A stretch of DNA of 63,971 nucleotides, the filler included, from Ionaspis alba (taxonomy: Eukaryota), in assembly GCA_964255285.1 (NCBI GenBank). It is 3 parts of 3 records of this genome, joined end to end, with 100 filler letters (N's around TTAATTAATTAA, not from the genome) between each part and the next. Parts side by side here need not be neighbours in the genome. Positions count along the whole stretch, not along the records: positions 1 to 23,182 come from CAXUUL010000190.1; 2 more parts are not named here. One strand, written 5' to 3'. Position 1 is the stretch's first letter. Every line of letters begins with the position of its first letter. The notes beneath the pieces are model-generated. The model did no database searches and was not told the DNA's origin. It worked only from the letters and a program-made list of their open reading frames with translations. Both the position numbers and the translations under genes were made by a program. Below are positions 1 through 17,501 of the stretch, in pieces.

Positions 1-1745
1 GGGGTTGTTGGCCGAAGAGCTTGGGGGGTTGGGATGGTTGGTTGGGGAGATTTTGTAGTGGAGTGCCTTTCAAGGCGCCTTGAAAAGGCGGGATTTCTTG
101 TAGTTTTATTGGAGGGAGGAGAGGCTTTGGGGACTGGTTCTGTACGGAACTTGATATCGCCGGTTGATATGGGATATTGTTGTTTTCTTTTGTGGGTGGA
201 TTCGGCTGTGAGGCGCCCAGGTTGAGAGCTCTCATGTCGTTGGTTAGTGATGTTTGCGTATTTGGATTAGCAGAAGCAGGACCAGTATTGTGGCTATTCA
301 CGTTGGTTCTACCACGCTGCGATGGCTTTTTGTCCGGCGATTTCATGGGAGAGGCCGGTAGTGGAATACTGGCTGCAATGCTCGGTGTTGTGGGGGTAAG
401 CATTGGTCCCGTCGGCGGTCGTCGTTGAGGTGACATCCCACGCATCACCGTATCGGCCAGCCCGTTACCCGACGTGGCAGAATCTTCCACGGAGTTGTTC
501 CTACTGTGACCAGGCCTTTTCCGCGCTTTTACTTCTTGGTTGTTAGGTGGCTCCGGACTATTGCCCCAAGCCCTGGCGTTGGCTGCAGAGCTATTCATTG
601 GCCTTAGTCCAGGGCCTCTTCCTCCTGCAGGACGGACCGTGCCAAAATCCCAGAGATCCTCGTCTTCCTGCGAGTAGTCCTGGTTCTCGTCCTGCGAGTC
701 TTCATCATCATCCTCAGAATCACGGTTGCCGTGCAAGGCGTGCCAGCGCTCGTAGCGTTCGATCAACTCGGTGAGATAAGTGGTTTTCTTAGCACGACGC
801 ACAAAGGGATGCTTGAGCAAATCTTTCGCAGAAGGTCGTTCCTTTGGATCACGCTTCAAGCAAAGCTCAACAAAGTCCTTGAATGCTCGACTGAAATCAC
901 CTTGAAGCGTTGGTGGTGGGTTCTTTGGTATCAAAAACAAGACCTTCATCGGATGAATATCCGAGTATGGAGGTTCTCCGTTTGCGAGTTCTAATGCCGT
1001 TATTCCGAGAGACCAGATATCGGCCTTGTGATCGTATCCGGATTGCTTGATAACCTCTGGAGCCATCCAGAAAGGCGTACCGACAAAGGTGTTCTTCTTA
1101 GTCATCGTTGCCGAGAGTTGGCCAGAAACGCCGAAATCAGCAAGCTTGACCTGTCCATTGGCGGCAAGGAGTACGTTGGCAGCTTCTGTACGTCAGTAGT
1201 GTTTCAAGCTTGATCTGAACATGTGGGACAGACCTTTGATATCTCGGTGCAGCTTCTTGTCACCGTGTAAATAGTCCAGACCCATAAGAAGTTCTCGAAC
1301 TATGATAGTGATATACTCCTCGGCAATTAAACCAGGCTTCATAAGATCTCCACAGCTTCCCCCGGAGCAAAACTCCATGATAATCCACAAATCGGAGCCT
1401 TTGAGGAAAGAGCCATGATATTTTGTAACATATGGAGAATGAAGCTCAGACAGGATCGAGATCTCCTGAATGATGTCCTCGACCTCGTCCTCGGCATTCT
1501 CGACGTCGATGACCTTGATTGCCACGGCCTGTCCAGTGCGTCGGTCGACTCTAAGATGTGTCAGTCCTGCAGGAGGATCTGAACTGGTCCAAGCCTACCC
1601 TTTGTACACCTTTCCAAAACTGCCACCGCCTGCCAAATCGTCAGCTGGAACCACCCATTCCTGGTAGATCCCTAGTACCTATGCAGTTTTGCTTTGTGTA
1701 CAATGTCTCAGGGTCGACTGCCCCATTCATAGTATCCCCAATCAT
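1..1745 (-). CDS. Ste20/germinal-centre-kinase family Ser/Thr kinase (MST3/STK24-like); 3' end runs off the window
   Basis: Spliced from ATG 1745: [63 protein letters not shown]...HRDIK|AANVLL...[10 protein letters not shown]...[11 protein letters not shown]. Three GT-AG introns. A Pro/Ser-rich tail continues to position 1. Confidence 0.93.
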
Positions 1746-2595
1746 GTTTGCGCTCAAGAATCTCAAAGTCGGACTTTGTGCAGCTCGTCAACAACAGTCA
1801 CGAGGCCAGAAAGTCTTCAGAAAGCGGTTCAGCGCGTGATGTTGAGCAGGACGGAAGTTGACATTTGCTTTCGAGGTAAGCTCGAGGTCTACTTCTCACG
1901 TTTGTGAAAGAGGGCGGTGGAGGATAGTTTGGTGATCGTCAAGTCGTCATTCACAAATTGTAACGGCAGATTCGTCACCAGTACTTCCAGCTCTGCAGAA
2001 GAGTGTCCAGACAATTCTGTCTCGTAGTAGCGTAGTAGCGTCTAAGTTTGTTCGAGTCCAAGGCTCCCGAGTAGGAACTTGGTTACTCTCGACCTTGAGG
2101 AGACCTGCTGTAAAGTCGAGATTTCAGACTTCTTCGACTTGAAGAGTTCAACAAAGCTGGCGTCACATTAGTTCCTTGGTGAGTGCGAGCAAGAAAGTCC
2201 AGGAAGGAGCGTTTCAGGGAAGGGAGGAGTATTTGAGGTTCATGGGCGGCCGCGAAGGGCGACGACGAGGGGTGTTAGGTTATGAAGATTCTCACGTTCG
2301 CGTGCACAGTCAGCCATGGCGATGAAAGCATAGAGGACAATTTCGAGCGGCCTCCACCAGTGAAGGTCCAAGGGACAAAGGAGATTGGGGAAGCGTGGAG
2401 TGGAAGACTCCTGGAATGATTCGCTCTCGGCTTCTGGAATCTAATGACTCTGATACAGGTACTGAATAAAGATAGGAGCCAGGGGTCATGCTCTGAAATA
2501 CGCATGTATCAGTAGGACAAGCTCAGCCAGCCATTATTGGAAACTCTCCGTGATCATTGGTTGGAAGACCGCGGGGTACCTTGCAGCCGCAAGGC

Positions 2596-2805
2596 GGCTG
2601 GAGCGTACATAGCTCTACAATGGACACCTCAACACCATCTGTATGTCCTANNNNNNNNNNNNNNNNNNNNNNNNNNNNNNNNNNNNNNNNNNNNNNNNNN
2701 NNNNNNNNNNNNNNNNNNNNNNNNNNNNNNNNNNNNNNNNNNNNNNNNNNGGCTGGAGCGTACATAGCTCTACAATGGACACCTCAACACCATCTGTATG
2801 TCCTA
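2596..2805. other. Assembly gap (100 N, 2651-2750) with an identical 55-bp sequence on each side
   Basis: 2596-2650 equals 2751-2805 (ggctggagcg...gtatgtccta). Confidence 0.95.
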
Positions 2806-3631
2806 CTTCCTTCGCGGTTGTCGAAGCTCTATCCATTTCTGCTTCACAGCTTGATACTTCTCACCACCAAAGAGGATTTGATACTTCATGCCATACCTAA
2901 TGGTTGATTGACTTCGTCACGGCAGATCGGTGCCGACCCTCCGGCTCCTATAACAATGTTGTCTATCGTTGGTTCCGCACTTTCACACACCCAACCTGTT
3001 CCGCTTCTAGACAGGCGCATGTTCTCCTCTCTGAACGATTGCTCTGTGCTCTTGTAGTGTGATATTATGTTGGACCGTCTGATTCTGGATCCATGTTTCA
3101 GCTGATGAACTTCTCCTCTCTTACCGCGTTTCCTGACATCTGTGGTGTTGCTGTGTCTGAGATATATGTGTTGCGGAGCATTGATGTTGCTACTTTATTG
3201 GGCGATTCAGTGCTCTCAGCGAGTTGTCCAATATTTTGACGTACATTTCCTTTTACATCAATGCCTCCTTTAGGGAGCCTACGGATGTACCACTACAAAG
3301 GCCTGGAAAGGACACAAGTTTATCAATCGTGGATTGTGCAGAGATCATAGCGAAATGAAAAGAAATGGCATGCAGTAACGCTTTCTCTGATGTTGGTTGT
3401 AATCTTGATCCAGATACCGAGATTCCGGCCCGCGCTAGGTTTCCAACACAGGTCTGATCCTATCAACCATACGATGAAACTGGTTGGTCGCTGTTTCTTC
3501 ACACATGCAGTTTTGACCTGCAATCCTGCCAGGCATTTCTTATAAGACACTGCTCGCCAAGATGCTCTATCAACAAGTCCAATCATTTAATATAGTAATC
3601 CATCATCATAATCCTATACACGATACTCATA

Positions 3632-5387
3632 ATGCGTCTTATTGACCAGCTTGCGTTGCTCACAGCATTCGTTGCCACTGTCTCTTCTGCCACTCCTCTC
3701 GCGGTCAAAAAAGAGCGATTCACGGTCCAGCAGACGGTCTCAAAGTCTTCGGCAAGCAGCAATGGCGGACCAGCAGCTTTGGCACAAGTCTACAGGAAAT
3801 ACCATAGCAAAGTACCCGCACGCCTTCGAAAAGCTGTGATGAAAGTAACACAGAAAGATGCTACGGTCACTGCCAGCCCTAATGATGGTGATGAAGAGTA
3901 CACCGCTGTTGTCACCATTGGTGGACAGACGTTGAACCTGAACTTTGATACTGGGTCGTCAGACTTGTGAGATAACACGTACCTCGATGCTTGTGACGTG
4001 ACATGGCTAGGAGCCATTGTACACTAAATTGACGTAGCTGACCCTGTGTAGATGGGTCTACTCTTCCCTCATGCCAAAAGAACAGGTTGGCAACCACTCC
4101 TTCTACGACCCCCAGAAGTCGACAGGGTCAGCACGAGCCCAAGACACCAATTGGAAGATACAATATGGTGATGGAAGTTCTGCCAATGGAGACGTATATT
4201 TCGATTCTGTCTCGGTTGGCGGTGCCACCGCTTCGGTTCAGGCTGTGGGAGTAGCGGCAAATGTCAGCCAGCAGTTTCTAGAGGATTTTAGCAATGACGG
4301 TCTCTTAGGCCTGGGCTTCGACAATGGCAATACTAGTAAGCCTCGACCTCTAAGCTCACGTTGCACTCTGGCTGTGGCATAGCTGCAAATCATGGAATCA
4401 CAAAGAACGAGGATGCTGACTTCGGTGATAGTCAAGCCGAACAAGCAGAAGACCTTCTTTACCAACGTCAGACCTACATTGGCATTGCCATTGTTCACAG
4501 CTGACTTAAAACGTGCCGCTCCTGGTAGCTACGATTTCGGTTTCATTGACTCTGCTAAACATTCAGGCGAGATCATTTACGTTCCTGCTAACAGTAGCCA
4601 AGGGTTCTGGGGAGTTACGAGCACCGGATATGCTGTGGGTAATGACAAGCTCAACGACAAGAAGATCGAAGCCATTATCGACACGGGCACCACCCTCATG
4701 CTTGTGCCGGAGAGCATGGCAGCTGATTACTACAAACAGGTAAAAGGCGCAACCAACAGTCCTGCCACAGGTGGCTGGGTCTTTCCGTGCGATACTATTT
4801 TACCAGACTTCCATGTTGCATTTGGTACCTATACTGCTCACATTCCAGGACCGCTGTTCAACTCGAGTACGCTAACCGACAAGAAAAGTAAGCAGTCTCT
4901 CTACTCATGCTATTTCCCAGTACCCCATGACGCCTCTTTTCCCAAGCCCTTGTTGACGTTTTACCTCATAGCATGCTTCGGAGGCATTCAAACCACACCT
5001 CCCGATCAAGGCCTTGATGCCATTTACGGGGACGTTTTCTTCAAGTCCACTTTTGTGGTCTTCAAGGCTCCCGAAGGAGAGCCACCTGAGTTGGGATTTG
5101 CAGCAAAGCCCGGGGACGTGGTCGCTACTCCTACAGCCCCTTCTAAGGCCAACCCTTCCTCCACGACCAACTCGTCCGCTACTACCACGGAAACGGACTC
5201 CTCCACTACCACGATAACATCGGACTCTTCAGCTGTTTCCACCTCCACAGAGGCTTCTAAGTCCGCGACCTCGACCAGATCTTCGGACTCGCCCGAGAGC
5301 TCGTCCTTTGCCAATACTATGGAGGACGGTGGCGACGTATCGAGTAGTGGAGACGATGTTGCTGAAGATGGCGATATCGACGACTAA
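3632..5387 (+). CDS. Secreted pepsin-like aspartic protease (aspergillopepsin-like, family A1) with a Ser/Thr-rich acidic C-terminal tail
   Basis: Signal peptide MRLIDQLALLTAFVATVSS. Catalytic motifs FDTGSSDLWV and IIDTGTTL, flap IQYGDGS, DGLLGLGF, IYGDVFFKS. Three introns, the first at 3967-4051. Confidence 0.93.
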
Positions 5388-5777
5388 CGATATGATGAAT
5401 GACATGATTAAAGAACAAGATCACGCTATTCCTGACAAACTTACCACGCTTCGAGCGTATAATATACGATCCCACGACACGGGCCGCCTGGCGCGAGCTG
5501 TTCGGGGCATAATCTAAGAAGGCAGACTACGGATCCGCAGTTCAGCCTGGCACGATTTGGGAGAACGAATTATGACTTAGCATATTTAGCACTGTTATGA
5601 TAACTTTATGATAATAGATAAGACTATTATGGTTGTGGAGAAGACCCCAAATCTGAGCTTACTCGCCTGCGCACTGTGGTCTTTTGAGGGCCGAAACTCC
5701 TTTTCTAATGCATTTTGAATGAGAATATGACGTCGTGATCCCAATCTATCAACCCGTCGACTTCGCCCATCACCCCT

Positions 5778-8700
5778 CTAATAAGGAATGCCATTCGACC
5801 ACAACTGAAACCCGTCATAAACCTTAGTCGATGGATTCCCATAACTCTTCCTGATCAAACCCCGCATAAAATCCGCCGCCTCCCGCTCGCTCTTCTCCAG
5901 CACAAACCTCTCCCTAAAGTGCTGGATCGTCTCCGGCTTGAAACATGGCAATCCGCTATCAAGCATTAAGACCACCATATGACACAACTTTTCCGTATAT
6001 GGTCTCGACGCCAAGAAAGCCTTGATACACAACTCCTCGAACCACTGAAACGGCTGCGCACTGGTCGAGCCCCCCATGACAGCCACCATCTCACCCGTCA
6101 ACTTGAACGGCGCGCGCTCGAACTTGATTCCGCCCGGCGCGATATCGAAGCAGAAGCCGAAATCGATATGTAGGATGTGTCCCGCGTCATCAATCATGAT
6201 ATTGCCATTATGGCGGTCTTTGAATTGAAGCAGGTACGAAATAACGCTATACGCCGCCATACTTTTGACGAAATTATTGCGAGCTTCCTGGAAGCGAATT
6301 GAATGCTCTCCGCCGTACTGAGCCGCGAAGTAGTCGTAGAGGCCGTTGACCGTTTCCCGGCCGAGCATATCTCGTGAGATGGAATTTGGTAGCACGTCGA
6401 TGACGCCGCAGCCGGGTGCTGTGGCCGTCACGCGGTATGGGTAGACGTAGACGTCGAGCCCGACGTTGTTGAAAATGCCCCGGAAGGCGGCGATCATTTG
6501 CAAGGCGAGGAGGTCTTGGCGGCAGTCGTCGCCAACTTTGAAGATGGCGGATTGCCAGACTTCGTAGGTGCTGTCTTTGGTCGTGAGGCTGCTGCGATGT
6601 GTTTGCTCGTTGCGATTCGTGTTCTCGAGCATGTTGTCCGTGCCTTCCATGTCGCCTTTGTTTTTCTTGATCCGGAAGGTCGCCATGTAGGGAGCTTTGG
6701 CGTGGCTTTGCAGAGGTTTGCCGGACTTGCGGTCGATGCCGATAACAGCGCCGTCGGGGTTACTAGGGAGATACACGCCTACCTCGACTTTGATTTTGCG
6801 GAGCTCTTCTTCGATTTTCTCCTTCTTCTCGGCTTTGCTCTTCTTGATGAAGGGGCGAAGTTTGCCGGAGATGTCGGTAATCTCGTTGAAGAACGAAAAT
6901 TCTCGTTCGTAGAACGCTTTGTCTGTCTCGGAGAAGCTGGAAATCATGTTCGCGACAACCTTGTCTAGTGTTGGTTTGACAGGATCCTCAACTGTAGAAT
7001 CTTCATCTTTATAAGAGTTCGCTTTAATATTCCAAATGATCTGATGCGCGAATAGTTGAGAGAACTTCGCTGTCTCGAGAATATATCGCTGCACGTATCC
7101 AAGCGAATCATATCGCAGAGTTTGCACAATTTGAGGCACGTAGAAGAAGGTGACATCAACAGAATGACTCTCCAAAGCGCGCATAGCGTATTGAATGATA
7201 AATGGATGATTTTTGTAGGCTGGTAAGAAGTACGTCACAGCAGTAATGGGATTTACTGGTGCCCAGTACATTAGGTACTATAAGTTGTCAGATGTGATCC
7301 GTCCCAATACGCATAACGACGCACCTTGAGCTGAGTCGAAACGTCAGAGGGAAGTCCATTGTCAAGCAGAATATGTAACCCATCAGGTATCTCAATCGCC
7401 TTCTCAGGAGATTTCAGAATAAGTTGACGGATTTCCTGATGTAGCAAAGGAAATTGGAAACGGGTGGATAGTTGAATGGCTAAAGCGGGACTTTCTGACC
7501 AAGCTACAGTGATCAACTCGGGTGAGATCAACTGTGCCTGTTAGTCAACTATCCGATATCAGGTTGGGCGGTGTTACTTACACCAGGTAACGTCCTTCCC
7601 GGACGATAAGAGAACAGTCGGCGTTTCTCATGATCGGAAGGAAACAGCCAGACCTGAAGACGAGTATGCTCGCTCTCGAGAAGTCGGATGAGGAGCTCTT
7701 GCTTTGACTTGAGAGATTGAAGGGTCCTCGTGGTGCTGGACCCGATAGATGCTGCAGCATGTAACAATGCCTCTACATCAACTATTAACCGGGTTTCCGC
7801 TTTGATCTGCAGGCGATTGCCTCCAAAAGACCATCTAGTATTGTCAATACGAGGAGCTAGAAATAACCGTTGGACAACCAACCTGGGTGGATGGGTGAAC
7901 CAAGCTAATGCGGCACTGAGGATTGAGTCTTTGAGACGCCACCTTGCCGCTTCTCCGAGATCGATACTGTTTCTCAGGACCATTAATCCGAATAAGATGA
8001 CCTGAAAATAAAATTCCCGAGCCAGTGGATGTTCCGAGGCACGCTTCAATTTTTGGAGAGTGATTCGGATGAGACGCTGAAATGTCCGCCTTAGATGAGG
8101 ACTTCCGAGTCGATTCGCGTTGTAGTGGCTGGTCAGAAACTGGAGAACGCGCAAGTGGGGCGCAATGAGATTATGAACGACTTGTTGACGTTTCAGTAGA
8201 GCAACCTTATCTGATGGTGCGAACTCCTCTTTTACGTAGAAGGGATCCATATGACTTTGTAATGTATCAGAAATAGGCCGCTTCGGTTTTGGTGAAGAAC
8301 GAAGACTCACTGGAACTTGTCATCGAAGATGCCCATCTTCAACTGTACCGTCCTCTCCCAGTGGTTTGCAATCTCAACCAAGATCCTAGATTCCATGCGT
8401 GGTTTCTCGTTTATGACGCCGAGCCATAATGAGATACCGAGCTTGATAGATTGTTTCGTGAACAACGCAAACGGTATCCCAACAAGGTATTGGATGATAG
8501 CGCATTGATCTTGTTTGCTTTTGCACAGCAAAGCGGCGGCTCTTCTTAAGACATCTCGTATCTCACCTATGGACACAAACTTCCGTTCCCTGACTCGACG
8601 TTCGAGTACAGCAAGCATTGCCTGAGCGTCTCTGATCTCATGGTCAAGTATGTTGGAGGATTGAATTTGGGGATCATCTAAGATAGTGAGCGCAGCACAA

Positions 8701-11700
8701 CATCGAATGAAAGATTACGGACTCAAGTTGAGGAGCTTGATCCACTCAGGATCGTACTCGGGCAAAGCATCGGCATGCTTATACTCTTGCCTCGTTGTGT
8801 ATTGCGCAATGAAGTCTGATCCGGTATTTATATTGATCTCGCCCTGGATATCGATTGAACCTGTTCTGAATTTAGCCTGCGTAAAGCACCACCGGCAATA
8901 GTGTTTACCTAGTCTTTGATCTGCTGTGGGAATGGCAGACCCCATCTCGAGTGCGAAACTCCTTCCTAGCGCGACGTGGCCATAGGCTCCTTCGTCATCA
9001 TAATCGGACAAGTAAGTCTTCCGAGCTATTAGCTGCTGAGACCCCAGGATGACCACGTTCTCGTACCTGCAACAATCCTTTGACGTCAAGAGGAGCTATA
9101 TCAAGGATACGCATCACCCACGTCTTGGATCGTTTGTAGAAGGCCTCCAGTGTGCTCCTCCTGAATTGGAAATCGTCGGAAAGCTCCAGGGACACTTTGC
9201 CAAGAGAAGAAATATATGATGATTTCCATTCATACTCGTCAATCTCTGCCTCGAGACAACTTGACCACATAAGCGTAAGCAGTTCTAGAAGAGCAAATAG
9301 CGAGGTTTTCTGACAAAGCGCCGAGGGCACCTGTTCGATAAGTCTATCTGCCAACCTTGCAGCGGTATGCTGGCAGGGTAGCATTCGATGACAGCAGTTG
9401 CTGAGAATCATTGCGAGCTGCTTAGCGACATGAGTGGCGGAGCTCGCAGAGTGCAGACCTCCAAGGGTCTTTTTGAGATACACCGCCATTACCAAATCAG
9501 CAATACCAACCATACAGAGTCCCATCTCATTCTGGTACACGCTTGGATCTGTGAAGTAATTAAGAACATGGGCGCAATTACCTGATTCTGCTCGACCGAT
9601 CTCGACCATGTATGCAGCATGTAGGAAGGCCACTCTAGGATAGCTCAATGCCTTGACATGTGCTTCCTGGTAGGGAAGAAGCTTGATCAGATGATTCTTC
9701 ATCACCGATACATACGGGCCCCTCATGCCACGCCGCAGCACAGTATTGAGCTCGATGTCGCTCCCGGTTTGATCAGTGCGCCCATCCGCCACGAGGGGCT
9801 TCGAATGAATCGCCAAAATGCGTAACTCGTGTGAGAACTTTTTGCCGAGAGGAGAATCAGTAGTGATACCATGTACGGCGATATTAAACCAGAAGTCCCG
9901 CTGAAGTCTGACCATTTCTTCGTCGATGGGTCCATCTTCAAGCTCATTGCGAGACGATGACAGAATGGCCAAAGGCTCAAGCAATTGGCCGATCTCCTTT
10001 GCTGCCAGCTCCACATCTGCTTGATGTGTGCTCTCGCCTTCATCGACGTCGCCGATACCGACAATGGTCTGGAGCAGATGCAGAAAGCATACTTGAAACA
10101 GTGGCGAGTTGGGAGACAAGCTCTGGGCCAGTCGCACTCGCGCCTTCACAATCTAAGTCATGTCAATGTGGAATAATATCCAGTATAGAAGGAATCATAC
10201 CGTCTCAAGAAGGATGGTATTATTCTGCACCACAGCATCATGTCCGAATCTGTCGTACAATTTGAGAAGCGACCTAAGATCAATTTCGCCTCCACCGGCA
10301 GCCAGAACAGCAGCTTCAAATAGAATGTGGAGGTCTACTGCCAGACTGATTCGACCCAATTTCTGGAGCAACATGGACAGCGCCAGCGGAACGACCTTAC
10401 TGTCCTTACAAGAAGTAGCAATATTGACGATGGCAAGTATCACGTTTCCATAAACTGCTGACGTTTCCTCTTCACTGCTGATATCCAAAGATATAGCACT
10501 TCCAGTAGGTTGCTGGGTGTAACGGTTGGAGTTTCTTGGAGCGCTAAGAAGGCCATCGATACTATAGTGGTAGCCAATGCCCTTTTCGGCACTAGACCCC
10601 GTACTCAGTACGTTTCCCATCGAGTACAGACATGTAATGACAGCGTCTTGAGAAAGAAGTTGAAGCACAGATGCCAAGCAGCGTGCAGCAATCACAACAA
10701 TTGTTCCTCGGATGCCGCCTTGGACGATGAACCTAGGAAGTGAGCGACTCAAGGTTGTAGCGGATGCTGGAGACAATTTGGCTATGATAGCCATACACTT
10801 CAAGACAGTCGAAGCAAGACCTTCGTCTGCCATTTGTATTGGGTCGCCCATGGAGTCTTCAAGCCAAGACATGAGGACGTCTGCGTCAGCAATTTCTTCA
10901 TCGATCACCATACAACCAAGGAAGACCGTCAGCGCATAGCTTTTGACAGTGAATGCTAGATGCTGCTGCCATGCCGAGCCTAGCTGTTGATAGTCAGCGC
11001 CATCCTCGAGTTGGTTCATCTGTTCTATTGCAATTTCCGAAAGAATTTCAGTCAGTCTAATTGCTTCGGCACTGGGAGAAGTTGGTAGCGGTTTCTTTCG
11101 TGAGATAAAGAACTCAAGCATGTCAGTCTGCTGCAAGTCCTCCGGGTTTATTGCCTGCAGTGAGCTGCAAGAGACGAGCATTCTCATGAAACCTCGCTGC
11201 AAGAGCATTGCTCCTAGCGGTCGACCAGAATTTGCATAGCGTTTAGTGTACTGTTTCCATTCTCTTGCATTTCGATTAGTCGATTCTGATGTCCTGATTG
11301 ACGAGAAAGTACCCTCCACCAGAACCATGAAGCTTTCATTGAGGATCTGCCGCAACAAGCACACAACTTCCACACGTTCCGGGACGGCGTAGAAATGGAA
11401 GTATTCCGACGTGGCCTCTAGAAAGCCAAGTATTGACAACGAGACGGCGCCTACTCCAAAGGTCTGTTCTGGCTTCAAGTCTCCATGACCACCATTGTAT
11501 TGAATCTGAGAAGATTCTGCCAACCGTGCCGAATCTCCGCAGTGGTCGAGGTATTCGATGGTCAAGTCGTATGCCTTACGACGCAGGGAGGTATGCTTGA
11601 TACCCACTGCAAGTAGGGCAGACACCAAATTGTATGTCAGAGCTTCCCATGGCGAAGGTTCAATCGAACGTAAGAAGGGTGAGGATGTAAAGACCTGCTC

Positions 11701-12150
11701 GTGAGCTTCGAGCAGATAGGGTGACAGCTGGGTCAAAAGGGTTGCTGCGCTTTCGAGGTCATCGATCTGAGTTCCTGCCTTGCATAGAGCGATCAACACG
11801 TGTAACTCCTCCAGGGTCTACGTTTCGTCAGTAATGACAGACGATTTATTCTCCTACAGGCCATACCATGGGAGTTTTCGACAAAGACTTGAGCCCGTTG
11901 GTGCTCCCGTTGAGCCCAAACGAGCTCGGTCTATTTGTTTCTGCATTGACGGGAGCTCCAGACTCTTTCCACCTTCTTGGTGATGCTGCGTAGAGCTTTT
12001 GCAGATCCGAGTCTGGACTTTTGCCCTGGATCGTTGTAGCGGAAAGAGCTGCAATCTTCTGCAATGCCCGCTGCCGAAGATCCTGCCTAGGGCTTCGATG
12101 ACTTAGTAGGTGGTGTGGGATGATCCAGAGACTTCAACCTACACGTCCAT
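5778..12150 (-). CDS. STT4: Phosphatidylinositol 4-kinase type III alpha (Stt4)
   Basis: Multi-exon gene. ATG 12150 with a micro-exon gives MDV|QDLRQRALQKIAALSA. C-terminal kinase motifs FKVGDDCRQD, DRHNGN, HIDFG, ERAPFKLT; ends SNGIPY. Confidence 0.95.
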
Positions 12151-12635
12151 TGCCCAAAGTTGAGCTCACAGCACCAGTTGCATGCCGCATAGGAAGGACT
12201 TTCTTGAAACCACCTTCGGGTAGAGGCGTTAGCATGGACTTGGTAGGGCTTAGGCGTTCACGGCACCTGAAGCCCTGCCGGGTTTTCATTGGCTGGGTCT
12301 CCTCGAACTTATCCGTTGCTGGGAACCAGCCGGACCAAATGTCACTTGTCCGCTAAAAACGTCCTTCCTTGCGGAGGAGCGGTCGGTCTGTGGGTCACTA
12401 CGTCTTGATGGAGTGATATTTATCCCTCTTCCCCTGCAAAACCCCGAGTCTTCGTTGCTAGACTTCCTATCATATATATCCTGCAATTTTGTGCACCACC
12501 GAGTCCGCTCGTGTCCAGGTTTCTCTCTCAGGGGACTAGGTACCCACGCTTTTGAATGACATTTACTCGACAGAATCTGATCAAGTCACTCACCGGAGAT
12601 AGAATCTCTAATTTTCATCATAACATTTGCAATTT

Positions 12636-12641
12636 ACGCGT
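12636..12641. promoter_or_regulatory. MCB-type element (ACGCGT) in the STT4/CHK2 divergent promoter
   Basis: Exact ACGCGT about 60 nt upstream of the CHK2 ATG. A single hexamer, so chance occurrence is possible. Confidence 0.35.
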
Positions 12642-12700
12642 CTGGTGCACGACGCTTCGTCAGATCTTGCGTACTGAGGATATGATCTTATAGTCTAGCT

Positions 12701-15007
<2,307 letters not shown>

Positions 15008-15481
15008 AGTCTGCTACTCTTGTTTGCACATGTCCACGAGCTCTCTTTATGGTTGAGTCAGATCTAGCTGGCGGATTTGCAGAGGCGACGCTTTTGGCGG
15101 ACGGTAGGTTTTTGTGATATGGGTTCCATTTCTTGTGATTAATGTGGGAAACGTCTAGTCCATAGTATACTTAGCGTAAGGTGTGAAGAAAAGCATCTAT
15201 TCACACGATGTGGATCAATCTGGGTATCTGAACGTGCAAATTCACATGTAATCTACAAAATCGTATTGCTCAGACTATTTGTGATGTGTAAATAATCCTT
15301 AGCTCCATAATACTTTACAAGCGCGCCACTTTCTAATGGCCTGATATCGGGCTTTCACCTTCCGGCGGTATGGTATCCCCGCCTGCCGTACCTGCATATC
15401 GGTAAACAATTTTTTGAGCGGCGGCTTCAAAGATAGCACATTTGCCATTCAACAATCCATTGTCCACGATAATCGTTTACG

Positions 15482-17211
<1,730 letters not shown>

Positions 17212-17501
17212 ACGATATATTTATTGATATGTTCTAATTCTGCACCATTATAGTGGAAGCATTGGTGTTTCCGGCGCTTGTCCTTTTACTTCAATCAAGG
17301 CTTGATCTCTAGAGCAATGCAATGGAGGACGCTAGAGGGCAATAATGTACATATTTGGAGCAAGTCATAGATATCGAGCGAATCCCAAATGCTAATCCAT
17401 ATTTTTGACCATTCCTTGCCATATCCGAGCAAACCTCCCTTTTTCATGGACCAGCAAAACGAAAACAAAGCAAATCCAGTCTTCCGATCCGCACCCACAT
17501 C

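Noticed and set aside
2596..2805. Direct repeats around N gaps as LTRs or target-site duplications
   Set aside because: All three are exactly 55 bp around exactly 100 N, which indicates assembler overlap.
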